Translations under genes and position numbers: made by a program | Source of the DNA: an uncultured Mycoplasmatota bacterium | GTDB lineage: Bacteria; Bacillota_I; Bacilli_A; RF39; UBA660 | Direction of reading: 5' to 3' | DNA length: 64,000 nt | Assembly (NCBI GenBank): GCA_900547225.1 | Contig: URFW01000001.1 | Span: forward strand, 49,106-113,105 | In this document: one piece after another, positions 46,141 to 56,242 of the stretch | Layout of the letters: each line of letters opens with the position of its first letter | Numbering within the stretch: the first letter of the stretch is position 1 | Notes under the pieces: generated by a model | Database searches by the model: none | What the model saw: only the letters and a program-made list of their open reading frames with translations | What the model was told of the DNA's origin: nothing

Positions 46141-47406
46141 TTAAGCTTGTTTTTCATTTTTAAATACCATACTTTTATTATAAGTTAAAGCTAATATTAA
46201 TGCTACATAAATGCTGTTTGCGGGATTTACAAATATATGTCCTTGAAATAGGGCAAGAATAAATATAAGTATAATTGATAAACCAATATTAAGTGTTTTT
46301 TTATTTAACTTATATTTGTTACTTAGTATGCCTTTTAAAACGTATACTAATGGATAAAAGAAGATTATAAAGCCAAATATGCCATGTCTATAAAATACAT
46401 CAAAATAGTCCATTTCTACCGTTTTAAGCCTTACTTTATCTGTAGAATAGTTTTCTATATAACCAATTCCAAATGCCTTTTCAAGAATACTAGATTTATT
46501 GTATGCTTTTCTTGTTTTTTCTTCAAATGAAAGTCTTTCAGAGAATATAAAATGATCTATTATGTGCCAAGTAGTTATTTTTCCATTATCTTTTTTTTCT
46601 AAATAATTTATGTGAATAACTAAGTTCTTATAAAAGTGAGTCTTTGGAAATATAAAGAATGATGCTATAAAAACTATTATAACTGGTAATAAGATAATCG
46701 ATAATTTCTTGTATTCTTTTTTTCTTATTAACGTAATAACATAGTAAAGTACGTTTATGCCAATTACTAATATAAACGCAAGTGGCGGAACCTTTGTTCC
46801 TATACCAAATATTACATATAAGTTTATTAATCCTAGTATTATTATTTTTAAGTTTATTTTCTTAATATTAATAAGTAGTATAGGAAGTATAACAGATAAA
46901 ATACTACCTACTGAATTAGCGGATAAAAACCATCCAACAGAACCTATCTTACTTTCGTAGTAGCTGTTAAAACCAATGTTAAATACATTTGGAATAAATA
47001 GACATATTAAATATATTATGTATATTATAAGTAAGTTTTTAGTGTTAAAAAGGGTCTTTTTATAAAGACATATGAGCGTAAGTGTAATAACTACAAAATA
47101 GTAAGTTGTAATTAGGTTTTTAACCTCATAAAATAGGGCAGGATAACCTTTTGTTATTAAAACCGTTGTTATAAACATTATAAAATAAAGTATTAGACAT
47201 CCTAAGTATATATTAAGTTTTTTATTTTTTATATAAAAAATTAAGTATATAAAACTTACCACCATAAATAAGATTCTTATTACTGAACTAAATGTTAGAT
47301 TAATATTAAAATGAAGCATAACGCCTGCGGATAAATCTAAAAATGGCTGTAAATACAAAAATACCATAAATATTTTTTCATAGTTTTTAAATAGTTTTTT
47401 AATCAT
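46141..47406 (-). CDS. O-antigen ligase/polymerase-like polytopic membrane protein
   Basis: About 10-12 TM segments with a larger loop, next to an LCP gene. The family call is tentative. Confidence 0.55.
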   Translation of the reverse strand: MIKKLFKNYEKIFMVFLYLQPFLDLSAGVMLHFNINLTFSSVIRILFMVVSFIYLIFYIKNKKLNIYLGCLILYFIMFITTVLITKGYPALFYEVKNLITTYYFVVITLTLICLYKKTLFNTKNLLIIYIIYLICLFIPNVFNIGFNSYYESKIGSVGWFLSANSVGSILSVILPILLINIKKINLKIIILGLINLYVIFGIGTKVPPLAFILVIGINVLYYVITLIRKKEYKKLSIILLPVIIVFIASFFIFPKTHFYKNLVIHINYLEKKDNGKITTWHIIDHFIFSERLSFEEKTRKAYNKSSILEKAFGIGYIENYSTDKVRLKTVEMDYFDVFYRHGIFGFIIFFYPLVYVLKGILSNKYKLNKKTLNIGLSIILIFILALFQGHIFVNPANSIYVALILALTYNKSMVFKNEKQA

Positions 47407-47463
47407 TATCGCGAACTCCTTTAGCTATAATAACATTATAACATTATCCTAAAAAAAAGGAAC

Positions 47464-49092
47464 TTACTTTTTATAAGTTCCTTTTCCTATTTGTGTATCT
47501 TCATAAGGACTATTTATTGAAAAACTAAATTCTTTGTCCATTTCTGGATTTTTAATTTCAAGGTTAATTTTCATTGCGTCAACAATTTCTTTTAAACTTT
47601 CGGTAGAATACTCAAAGTAGTAAATACCATTAATGGTATTATCATAACCAGATAGATATAGTCTTTGAGTTCCAACAAAGTCTTCACTGTTTATATTTTT
47701 AGAATTAAAGATGATATTTTTAAAGGTATCAAATCCCGTAATCATAGTATCTTTATCAATGTTTGTATCTAAGTTATCTCCTACAATATCAAGTAGTTTA
47801 TATAATTGAGATAAACTTCTTACATCTTTTAATTTATTAGTCATGGCTTTTACTATTTGTTGTTGGTTTTGACCTCTTATAAAATCATTACTTGTGTATT
47901 TAGAATATTTTTTCCCACAGTATTGCGGCCAAGGATGTCTATTTCTCGCAAAGGCTAGAGCTTGCTCTCCGTTTAATGTTTGACGTCCTTTTTCTATGTA
48001 TATTGTATCATTACCAAAATCTCTGTTACTGTTTTGTTCACAGAATGAATATGGAACATCTATATCAACACCGCCTAGGGCATCAACAAGTGATACAACG
48101 CCTTTAAAGTTAACTTTTACCCAGTAATCAATTTTAATACCAGTAAAGTTTGTTATTGTATCCATTACGCAGTCAGCACCATAAGCTCCCGTTGTGTTTA
48201 TTTTATTTTTAGCTTTTGATCTAGTACATACAATAGGTACTCTAGTATCTCTTGGAATACTTAGTATGGTAGCATTCATAGTGTTTGGGTTAAACGTAAT
48301 GAGCATTAACGTATCACCATTAAATGAATTACTTTTTTTAAGTGACGTAGAAGTTGAATCAACTCCCATAATAAGTAAAGTAAAAGGGTCGTTTAACGTT
48401 TTATTTGATTCTGACGTCTTTTTAATTACCTTCTTATTTTTTTCATATATTACCTTTGTATCATTTCCTATGTTTTCATATCCATCTAAACTAGCAAACA
48501 TAGATACGTAAGATGAACTAACAAACATAGCATCTATTTTTTTGTTATATAAGTCTGCAAGCATTGAAGTAAAATCGTCGTAGCTTACAATACTTTTTTT
48601 ATCTATTTTTTTACTTTTTACGATTTCCATAGGAAGTTTATAACCTTCAACGTTGTTGGTATCACTTATCATACCAATTAAGTTTTCATCATCTAAATCA
48701 TTTATTTTATTAATTTTAGAAGAACTTAAAGTAACTAAACTAGTTGAGTATCCAGCTTCTTTATTAGTTATTTTAGATAAAGAATTAGATATTTTACTTA
48801 TGTTTATGCTTGCGAATAACTCACATATAATAAAAATTATAATAAATATAAAATACCAAACATAACTTTTAGTTTTATTTTTCTTTATGCATTTAAAACC
48901 TCTTATAGTAAATATAACCATAAATAATGCTGTTAATATGATAGAAGCATAAACAACGTAGGTCATAAAACTTTTTGACGAATTATAATAACATATTTCT
49001 TTTACGAAGTATATGCTAGATAAATAATAGATTATTAATAAAGGAAATAGTAGTAATACTGCCTTTTTAAATTTCTTTTTTTTCTTTTCCAA
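47464..49092 (-). CDS. LytR-CpsA-Psr (LCP) family cell-wall polymer transferase
   Basis: LLIMGVDS...GDTLMLI...SIPRDT...ALGGVDIDVP...ALAFARNRH. Confidence 0.85.
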   Translation of the reverse strand: MEKKKKKFKKAVLLLFPLLIIYYLSSIYFVKEICYYNSSKSFMTYVVYASIILTALFMVIFTIRGFKCIKKNKTKSYVWYFIFIIIFIICELFASINISKISNSLSKITNKEAGYSTSLVTLSSSKINKINDLDDENLIGMISDTNNVEGYKLPMEIVKSKKIDKKSIVSYDDFTSMLADLYNKKIDAMFVSSSYVSMFASLDGYENIGNDTKVIYEKNKKVIKKTSESNKTLNDPFTLLIMGVDSTSTSLKKSNSFNGDTLMLITFNPNTMNATILSIPRDTRVPIVCTRSKAKNKINTTGAYGADCVMDTITNFTGIKIDYWVKVNFKGVVSLVDALGGVDIDVPYSFCEQNSNRDFGNDTIYIEKGRQTLNGEQALAFARNRHPWPQYCGKKYSKYTSNDFIRGQNQQQIVKAMTNKLKDVRSLSQLYKLLDIVGDNLDTNIDKDTMITGFDTFKNIIFNSKNINSEDFVGTQRLYLSGYDNTINGIYYFEYSTESLKEIVDAMKINLEIKNPEMDKEFSFSINSPYEDTQIGKGTYKK

Positions 49093-49311
49093 AATATCAC
49101 CTCTAGTACTTTATTAGTATACAATAAAATTAGACAAAAAACAACTTTGTTAAAATACCAAAATCATTCATATTAATAGGATGCTTTTAAAACAAAAGAT
49201 TATTCGAAAACGACTTTACAATATTTGACAATTACGTATTTATTTAGACTAAATATTTATATTTTGATGCTTTATTCATGTTATAATTAATGTGAATAGG
49301 AAGGTGTCTTT

Positions 49312-51333
49312 ATGAAGAAATTGATTTATGTTTTTGTTATTTTATTATTTTCTTTTTCTTTCATGATCGAAGTAAAAGCGGATTATAAGACATCAGTATT
49401 AAATAATAAGGGTGCAACTTGTAATTTACATAAGAATTCAACGGGTTACTGTTTATATAAAAATTCAAATTTAAATAGTTATGTGTCAGGTGTTATTTGG
49501 CTTGATACGGGAGATGAAGTAACAATTTTAACGTCATATCCTAAAATAGAGTCTAAGAATAAAGCATTATGCCCAGGAAAGTATCAATATGTCAGTAGAC
49601 AAAGGACTAATGGTAAAACATATTATGGATATTATTGTGATACATATTTATATAGTGGAAATGTATCTGATGATTTAAAAAATACCTTTAAAAATGCTGG
49701 TTTTCCTGAGAGCTATTGGTCTAAATTAGCAGTTATGAAAGAAGCACATCCTAATTGGAATTTTAAATCAATTAATTTAGGAATAGATTTTAATACCGCG
49801 GTTAAAAATGAGAGTATAATAGGTAGAAGTTTAATGCAAGTAACATCAAATGTAAATGATGTAGGATACTTAAACACTAATGAAGGTTCTTATAATTATT
49901 ATACAGATAAGTATAATGCGCTTGATGGAACAACATGGTATGCCGCTAATTATGCTACGGTTGCGTACTATATGGATCCTAGAAACTTCTTAAGTGACAT
50001 GCATGTTTTTCAATTTGAGGGATTATCATTTGATTCATCATTATCCGATGATTTATACAAAAATAGTATTAATACAATTTTCAGTGGTGATTATTTATCA
50101 AGATATTCAAATGACTTTTTATCAGCAGGTAAGGAATCTAAAGTAAACCCAATTTATCTTGCTTCTCTTTCGAGTCAAGAGGTTAGTAATGGAGCTACTG
50201 CTGGAACTGCTATTTCAGGGCTTTATAACGGAATGTATAACTTTTATAACATAGGTGCAACAAGTGGAACAAATGCAGTATATAAGGGTCTTAATTGGGC
50301 TGCTAAGACAGATTCATATTCTTTAAGGCCATGGAATACTCCTTATAAATCAATTGTTGGTGGAGCTAAATGGATTGGAAAGAACTATATAAACATAGGA
50401 CAAAATACAATATATTTTAAAAAATGGGATGTTGTTTCTAACGTAAATAAGGATAGTGGTGAAAATTATGTTCACCAGTATCAAACTAATATAGAGGCTC
50501 CAGCACAAGAAGGACTTTCAACTTATAAGGCAAAAAATAAAAGTAATATACTTGATTTGTCTTACACCTTTTATATACCTATTTATAATAATATGCCCCA
50601 AGAAACTAAACTTCCTAATAAAGGAAACCAGAATAATTATTTAAAAAGTTTGACAATAGATGGCAATAAGGTAGCGGATTTTGATGGAGCAATTTCTAAC
50701 TATAATTATTATACTTCAAATACAAATATAAATATAAGTGCTGAAAAAGTAGCTCAAACGTCAAATGTTTCTGGACTTGGAAGCTATGATGTATCTAATA
50801 ATAAATCGGTAAATGTTACTGTTACCGCTCAAAATGGTAGTGTTAAAACATACGTTATAAACATAGTATATCAAGCACCTTCAAAACCTATAACAGATGA
50901 TTCTAGCGTTCAAGATGTACTAAATGAAGCCGGTATTAAAAACGGAACTTACATAACTGGTTTATCTGTTGGAAGTGATATTAGCATTTTAAAAACAAAA
51001 ATAGCAAACGTAAAGAGCAATGCAAAAGTAACGCTTTTAAGTAGTGATGGTTCTATAAAGAATTCTGGTATAGTAAAAACAGGTGATAAGGTAAAAGTTG
51101 AATTACCTAAAGAAACAAAGACCTATGAAATAGTTATTTATGGGGACGTAAATGGTGATGGAAAAATTTCTGCATCGGATTATGTAAAAATTAAAAATCA
51201 CATAATGGATGTATCTCACTTGTCTGGAGTATATAAATCAGCTTCAGATGTTAATAAAGACGGAAAAATCTCAGCATCGGATTATGTAAAAATCAAGAAT
51301 TATATAATGAATACTGGGATTATAGAGCAGTAG
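49312..51333 (+). CDS. Secreted GH73-like N-acetylglucosaminidase with cadherin-like beta-sandwich domain and C-terminal dockerin-type repeat pair
   Basis: Signal peptide present. NPIYLASLSSQEVSNG...YNFYNIGA (glucosaminidase-like). NNYLKSLTIDGNKV. GDVNGDGKISASDYVKIKNHIM and SDVNKDGKISASDYVKIKNYIM at 51142-51312. Confidence 0.7.
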   Translation: MKKLIYVFVILLFSFSFMIEVKADYKTSVLNNKGATCNLHKNSTGYCLYKNSNLNSYVSGVIWLDTGDEVTILTSYPKIESKNKALCPGKYQYVSRQRTNGKTYYGYYCDTYLYSGNVSDDLKNTFKNAGFPESYWSKLAVMKEAHPNWNFKSINLGIDFNTAVKNESIIGRSLMQVTSNVNDVGYLNTNEGSYNYYTDKYNALDGTTWYAANYATVAYYMDPRNFLSDMHVFQFEGLSFDSSLSDDLYKNSINTIFSGDYLSRYSNDFLSAGKESKVNPIYLASLSSQEVSNGATAGTAISGLYNGMYNFYNIGATSGTNAVYKGLNWAAKTDSYSLRPWNTPYKSIVGGAKWIGKNYINIGQNTIYFKKWDVVSNVNKDSGENYVHQYQTNIEAPAQEGLSTYKAKNKSNILDLSYTFYIPIYNNMPQETKLPNKGNQNNYLKSLTIDGNKVADFDGAISNYNYYTSNTNINISAEKVAQTSNVSGLGSYDVSNNKSVNVTVTAQNGSVKTYVINIVYQAPSKPITDDSSVQDVLNEAGIKNGTYITGLSVGSDISILKTKIANVKSNAKVTLLSSDGSIKNSGIVKTGDKVKVELPKETKTYEIVIYGDVNGDGKISASDYVKIKNHIMDVSHLSGVYKSASDVNKDGKISASDYVKIKNYIMNTGIIEQ

Positions 51334-51341
51334 GAGGATTT

Positions 51342-52913
51342 ATGAAACGAATAAGATATATAATATTTGCATTCATTTTATCTTTTGCTTTTATATTAAA
51401 AATAAATGCATTTAGTGTGACCGGCCCAGCCGAGGTTAATTCAAATTCAAATTTTAATGTTACGGTAGAGGCATCAGGTTTAACAGGAAGGTTTGATATT
51501 TCCACTACTGGATCTATATCAGGTGGAAAAAGCATATGGTTAGAAGATAATTCTACGGTTTTAACTTTCTATGCTGGAACAGCAGGAAGTGGTAGTATAG
51601 TTGTTACTGCAAAGGACGTAGATGAAAATGGTAATGAATTTACTGGAAAAAGAATTTTATATGTAACCGTAAAAGATAAATCTTCAAATAATGCTTCAGC
51701 AGGACAAGGAAGTAGTTCTGGCAAAAGTGGTAATTCTAAAAATAATAATAATAGAACTAAAAATAACACAAAAACTCCATCAGTAGATGTAAATAAAAAA
51801 TATAATTCAAATAATTTTTTAAAAAGTTTAAGTATTGATGGTTATGAACTGGAGCCTTTATTTGATAAAAACAAATTAGAATATAACGTTATGCTAAATG
51901 TTGACACTAAATTGGTAAAAATTAATGCTGAAACAGAAGATTCTCAAGCAAGCATAACAGGTGCAGGTGAAGTAGACGTTGTAGATGGTATTAATAAAAT
52001 AGAGATAATAGTAACAGCAGAAAATGGTAATGAAAGAAGATATGTAATAAATGCAACGGTTAAGGAATTGGATCCAATAAATGTAAAAGTTGATGGTAAA
52101 AAATATACAGTTGTTAGAAAGAAAGGACAAGTAGAAAATATACCAGTTGGTTTTACCGAAACTACTATAAAAATAGGGGACCAAGATGTTTGTGCTTATC
52201 AAAGTGAAATTGCAAAAATACTCTTAGTAGCATTAAAGGATAATGAAGGTAACATAAAGTTATTTATCTATGATAAAAATAAAAATTCATATACTTCCTT
52301 TATGGAAGCTAAAGGTGGAGAAGTTAACTTGCTTATTCTTGATAAGAAGAAAATCAAGGCTCCAACTGACTTTGTTAAGACAAGTTTTAAGATAAATGAT
52401 TTAAAAATAGAAGGATATAAGTATAAATATGATAAGAATGATAATTATTACTTAGTTTATGCCAAAAATTTAGAAACAGGGGACGAAGGCTTCTACTTAT
52501 ATGATAAGAAAAATAATACCTTTTCGAGATATTACAAGGAGTTATCAGACATAAAAGATATGCATACTAAATATGTGTTTTATGTAGCAGCAGCCTTAGC
52601 CTTAATATTTGTTTTAATTATAATATTTAAATTATTTGGTAAGTTTAAATCAAATGACAAAAAGATAGAAAAATACCAAAGAAAAATAGATAAGTTAAAA
52701 GGCAAGATTAAAAATGAAGATTCTAATTATGATTATTCCATTGATGACGTAGATGATGGGCCGGTTATTAAAAGGGTAGAAGAAGATGAATACGTTATGC
52801 CTAAGAAATCTAGGAAGGAAAAGTTAAAAGAATTAGAAGAAGCTAAAAAAAGGTTGGATAAAAATAAACCAAAGTATAGAAGATTATCTTTAGAAGATGA
52901 TGACGAATTATAA
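51342..52913 (+). CDS. Membrane-anchored surface protein with Ig-like N-domain, cadherin-like beta-sandwich domain, C-terminal TM and charged cytoplasmic tail
   Basis: Signal peptide, NNFLKSLSIDGYELEPLFDKNKLEYNV and TM VFYVAAALALIFVLIIIF. Starts 9 nt after the preceding gene. Confidence 0.55.
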   Translation: MKRIRYIIFAFILSFAFILKINAFSVTGPAEVNSNSNFNVTVEASGLTGRFDISTTGSISGGKSIWLEDNSTVLTFYAGTAGSGSIVVTAKDVDENGNEFTGKRILYVTVKDKSSNNASAGQGSSSGKSGNSKNNNNRTKNNTKTPSVDVNKKYNSNNFLKSLSIDGYELEPLFDKNKLEYNVMLNVDTKLVKINAETEDSQASITGAGEVDVVDGINKIEIIVTAENGNERRYVINATVKELDPINVKVDGKKYTVVRKKGQVENIPVGFTETTIKIGDQDVCAYQSEIAKILLVALKDNEGNIKLFIYDKNKNSYTSFMEAKGGEVNLLILDKKKIKAPTDFVKTSFKINDLKIEGYKYKYDKNDNYYLVYAKNLETGDEGFYLYDKKNNTFSRYYKELSDIKDMHTKYVFYVAAALALIFVLIIIFKLFGKFKSNDKKIEKYQRKIDKLKGKIKNEDSNYDYSIDDVDDGPVIKRVEEDEYVMPKKSRKEKLKELEEAKKRLDKNKPKYRRLSLEDDDEL

Positions 52914-52961
52914 TTAAAAATGCACAATCATTGCGCAAAATCATAAAAAAATATACAAAAA

Positions 52962-52994
52962 TGCACAATATTATGAAAATATTGTGCATTTTAT
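52962..52994 (+). terminator. Rho-independent terminator
   Basis: TGCACAATATT-ATGAA-AATATTGTGCA followed by a T-rich tail. Confidence 0.65.
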
Positions 52995-53059
52995 GTTTTT
53001 GTTCGACAATTTTTTTATAAATGGTTCGTATAATAAGTGACTTAAGAAAGGAAAAGTTT

Positions 53060-53995
53060 ATGAACTATTATAAAGAGATAAAGAATTTAATAGAAGAAAA
53101 AGAAGTAAATGATAAAGTTAGATACTTAGAAAGTAATAAAGAAACCATTAAGACTTATTATGAAATAGGAAGGCTTTTAATCGAAGCACAAGATGGCGAA
53201 GAAAAAGCTAAATATGGAGACGGATTAATAAAAAAGTGGTCTAGTGAACTATCTAGAGAATATGGAAAAGGTTATAATTTAACAAATCTAAAAAATATGA
53301 GACAACTTTATTTGATAATTAAAAAAAGTCGCACACCGTGCGACCAATTAACCTTAACTTGGTCACACTGGCGTTATTTATTGCCATTAAAAAATGAAAA
53401 TGAACGTAATTATTACATAAATAGGTGTATTCAAAATAATTTATCCGTAAGAGGATTAATAAATGAAATAAAAACAAAATCATTTGATAGATTATCTTAT
53501 GCAGATAAGAAACACATAAAACTAATAACAGACAAAGAAACTAGTTTGGATATAAAAGATATGATACATGACCCAATATTAATAAATATAGATGACAATG
53601 AAAAAATAAGTGAAAAGGTTTTAAAAAAATACATATTAAAAGAATTAGAACATTTCTTTTTAGAATTAGGTACTGGTTTTACCTTTGTAGGAAGCGAATA
53701 TAAACTCTCATATGATAATAAAAATTATTACGTAGATTTATTACTGTTTAATTATAAACTAATCAGATACATAGTATGTGAACTTAAACTTGGTGAAATA
53801 AAGCCCAGAGATGTTACGCAAACAAAGGTGTATATGATGTTAACCGATAAGTTTTTAAAAAGAAGATTTCATAACGAAACAATAGGCATCATAATAACAC
53901 GTAAAAATGGTAAGTTAGCGTTAGAATACGTAAGTGATCCTAATATATTTGTTACAACGTATAGGCTATATAATAAGGTCTTAACTAACATATAA
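53060..53995 (+). CDS. DUF1016/YhcG-family PDDEXK nuclease (copy 2)
   Basis: Collinear paralogue of 3282-4163 (MNYYKEIK..., LTWSHW, VDLLLF...IVCELK). ATG 53060 follows AAAGGAA. Confidence 0.75.
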   Translation: MNYYKEIKNLIEEKEVNDKVRYLESNKETIKTYYEIGRLLIEAQDGEEKAKYGDGLIKKWSSELSREYGKGYNLTNLKNMRQLYLIIKKSRTPCDQLTLTWSHWRYLLPLKNENERNYYINRCIQNNLSVRGLINEIKTKSFDRLSYADKKHIKLITDKETSLDIKDMIHDPILINIDDNEKISEKVLKKYILKELEHFFLELGTGFTFVGSEYKLSYDNKNYYVDLLLFNYKLIRYIVCELKLGEIKPRDVTQTKVYMMLTDKFLKRRFHNETIGIIITRKNGKLALEYVSDPNIFVTTYRLYNKVLTNI

Positions 53996-54054
53996 ATTAA
54001 AATTTATATACAATTTCTTCTTTATTTGCTATAATCAAGTTAGGTGAAAAATAT

Positions 54055-54525
54055 ATGAAAAAGGTAATTTTTATATCAAGTATGGGTGGTCATTTAACAG
54101 AACTTATGCAACTTAAAAGCATCTTTAAAGATTATGACTACAAACTTGTAACAGAAAAACATAAATCTACAGTTGGGCTTAAAGCAAGATATAAAAGTAA
54201 AATAGATTATCTTCTAACCGGTAATAAAGATCATATATTAAGGTATATTTGGGTATTACCATATAACGTGATAAAAAGTCTTATTTTATTTTTAAAATTT
54301 AAACCAGATGTAATTGTTACAACAGGAGCTCACACGTGTGTTGCAATGTGTTACATTGCTAAAATATTTAAGAGAAAAGTTATTTACATTGAATCATTTG
54401 CAAACATTGAAACAAAAACGTTAACAGGAAAATTAATATATCCTATAGCGGACGTGTTCGTTGTTCAGTGGCATTCAATGCTTAAATTATATCCAAAAGC
54501 TAAATATGAAGGGTGGATATTTTAA
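54055..54525 (+). CDS. Alg14-like / Cps14F-like glycosyltransferase membrane subunit
   Basis: SSMGGHLTEL and TTGAH motifs, about 155 aa. Followed by an Alg13-like partner. Confidence 0.75.
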   Translation: MKKVIFISSMGGHLTELMQLKSIFKDYDYKLVTEKHKSTVGLKARYKSKIDYLLTGNKDHILRYIWVLPYNVIKSLILFLKFKPDVIVTTGAHTCVAMCYIAKIFKRKVIYIESFANIETKTLTGKLIYPIADVFVVQWHSMLKLYPKAKYEGWIF

Positions 54526-55004
54526 TGATATTAGTATTATTAGGAACTCAAGATAAGCCTTTTTTAAGATTGCTTAAAATGGTTTCAAAAGAAATAGATA
54601 AAGGTAACATAAAAGAAAAAGTAGTAGCGCAAACCGGATATACAGCTTTTTCAGATAAAAATATGGAATCATTTGATTTTAAAAACAAAGAAGAAATAGA
54701 AAAACTAATTGATAAGGCTAGAATAATAATCACACATGCTGGTGTTGGGACAATAACGGAGTGCCTAGAAAAAGGAAAAAAGATAATCGTTGTACCAAGA
54801 TTAAAAAAATACCTAGAGCACACAAATGATCATCAAATGCAAATAACAAAGGAATTTGAAATGAAAGGTTATGTTATTGCACTATATGATAAGTCGAGAT
54901 TATCGGCTGCTTTAGAGAAAATAAAAACTTTTAAACCAAAAAAGTATGAATCAAATAGTGAAAACTTTAGGATGAAAATTAAAGATTACATAGATAATAT
55001 CTAA
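54525..55004 (+). CDS. Alg13-like / Cps14G-like GT28 C-terminal-domain glycosyltransferase subunit
   Basis: MILVLLGTQDKPF start and ITHAGVGTI motif. TAATG overlap with the preceding stop; the track start 54513 is an upstream GTG. Confidence 0.75.
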   Translation: MILVLLGTQDKPFLRLLKMVSKEIDKGNIKEKVVAQTGYTAFSDKNMESFDFKNKEEIEKLIDKARIIITHAGVGTITECLEKGKKIIVVPRLKKYLEHTNDHQMQITKEFEMKGYVIALYDKSRLSAALEKIKTFKPKKYESNSENFRMKIKDYIDNI

Positions 55005-55098
55005 AGAATATGATGAGTCATATTCTTTTACTTTACACTTAATTTATAAATTTTTGACGTTTTATAATTACTTTAGTATAATTAAGGAGGTGATATAA

Positions 55099-56226
55099 AT
55101 GAAAAAAGTAACTATTTTAGCACTCCATTTAGGTTATGGAGGTATTGAAAACGCAGTTGCAACATTAGCAAATCTTTTATGTGAAAAATATGAAGTTGAA
55201 ATATTATCGGTATATAGACTATATAACGAGCCAGTTTTTGATATTGATGAAAGAGTAAAAATAAGATATATTTCTAATATTAAACCAAATAAAAAAGAAA
55301 TGAAATTTTACTTAGAAAAGAAAAATTTCAAAATGTTTTTTAAGGGAATTGGTAAATCATTAGAAACTGGATTTGTTAAATATATTAAAACTGCAAGCGT
55401 ACTTAGAAAACTTGATTGCGATGTCATAATTTCTACACGTACAGTTCATAATATGTTAGTATCTAAGTTTGCTCCTAAAAAAATAAGAAAAATAGCTTGG
55501 GAACATAACCATCATAATAATAACAAGAAATACATAAACTCATTAGTTAAATCTTGTAAGGGAGTTAATAACTTAGTTTTGGTTTCAAATGAACTTACTA
55601 AATTTTATGGTAATTACTTAGGAAAAAAAGCGGTTTATATTCCAAACTGTCTTGATAAGCTTCCTAATAAATTATCTAAGTTAGATAGCGAAAACTTAAT
55701 ATCAGTAGGTAGGTTATCAAAGGAAAAAGGTTTTGATGATTTGCTTAAGTTATTTAAAACACTTAGTATAAAACATCCTAATTGGAAACTAAACATTGTT
55801 GGTGATGGAATGGAAAGAGGAAATCTTCTAGAACTTGCAGAAGAATTAAAACTAGGAGATAAAGTAATATTTCACGGATATCAAAATAAAGAATACATAA
55901 ATGAACTACTTTTAAATAGTTCAATATACGTTATGACGTCTCATACCGAGAGCTTTGGTCTTGTTTTAATAGAAGCTATGAGCTACGGAATTCCTTGTCT
56001 TTCATATACGTCAGCACAAGGAGCAAACGAAATAATAGAAAACGGAAAAAGTGGTTATTTAATTGAAAACAGAGATTCTAGCGAAATGGTAAGTAAAATA
56101 GACTTATTAATTACTGATGAAAAACTAAGAAAAAAAATAGGAAAAGAAGCAAGATGTCGTGCTAAAGATTTTAGCGGCGAAGTAGTTCTTGAAAAATGGA
56201 GCAAATTAATTAATAAAAGAAAGTAG
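55099..56226 (+). CDS. Family 4 (GT-B) glycosyltransferase
   Basis: SHTESFGLVLIEAMSYGIPC (EX7E region). Confidence 0.85.
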   Translation: MKKVTILALHLGYGGIENAVATLANLLCEKYEVEILSVYRLYNEPVFDIDERVKIRYISNIKPNKKEMKFYLEKKNFKMFFKGIGKSLETGFVKYIKTASVLRKLDCDVIISTRTVHNMLVSKFAPKKIRKIAWEHNHHNNNKKYINSLVKSCKGVNNLVLVSNELTKFYGNYLGKKAVYIPNCLDKLPNKLSKLDSENLISVGRLSKEKGFDDLLKLFKTLSIKHPNWKLNIVGDGMERGNLLELAEELKLGDKVIFHGYQNKEYINELLLNSSIYVMTSHTESFGLVLIEAMSYGIPCLSYTSAQGANEIIENGKSGYLIENRDSSEMVSKIDLLITDEKLRKKIGKEARCRAKDFSGEVVLEKWSKLINKRK

Positions 56227-56242
56227 AAAGTAGGCGGTAAAT

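Noticed and set aside
51142-51312. The dockerin repeats as an indication of a cellulosome.
   Set aside because: No scaffoldin, cohesin array or glycoside hydrolases acting on plant polymers are nearby. The catalytic domain is a peptidoglycan hydrolase, so only a local docking hypothesis is retained.
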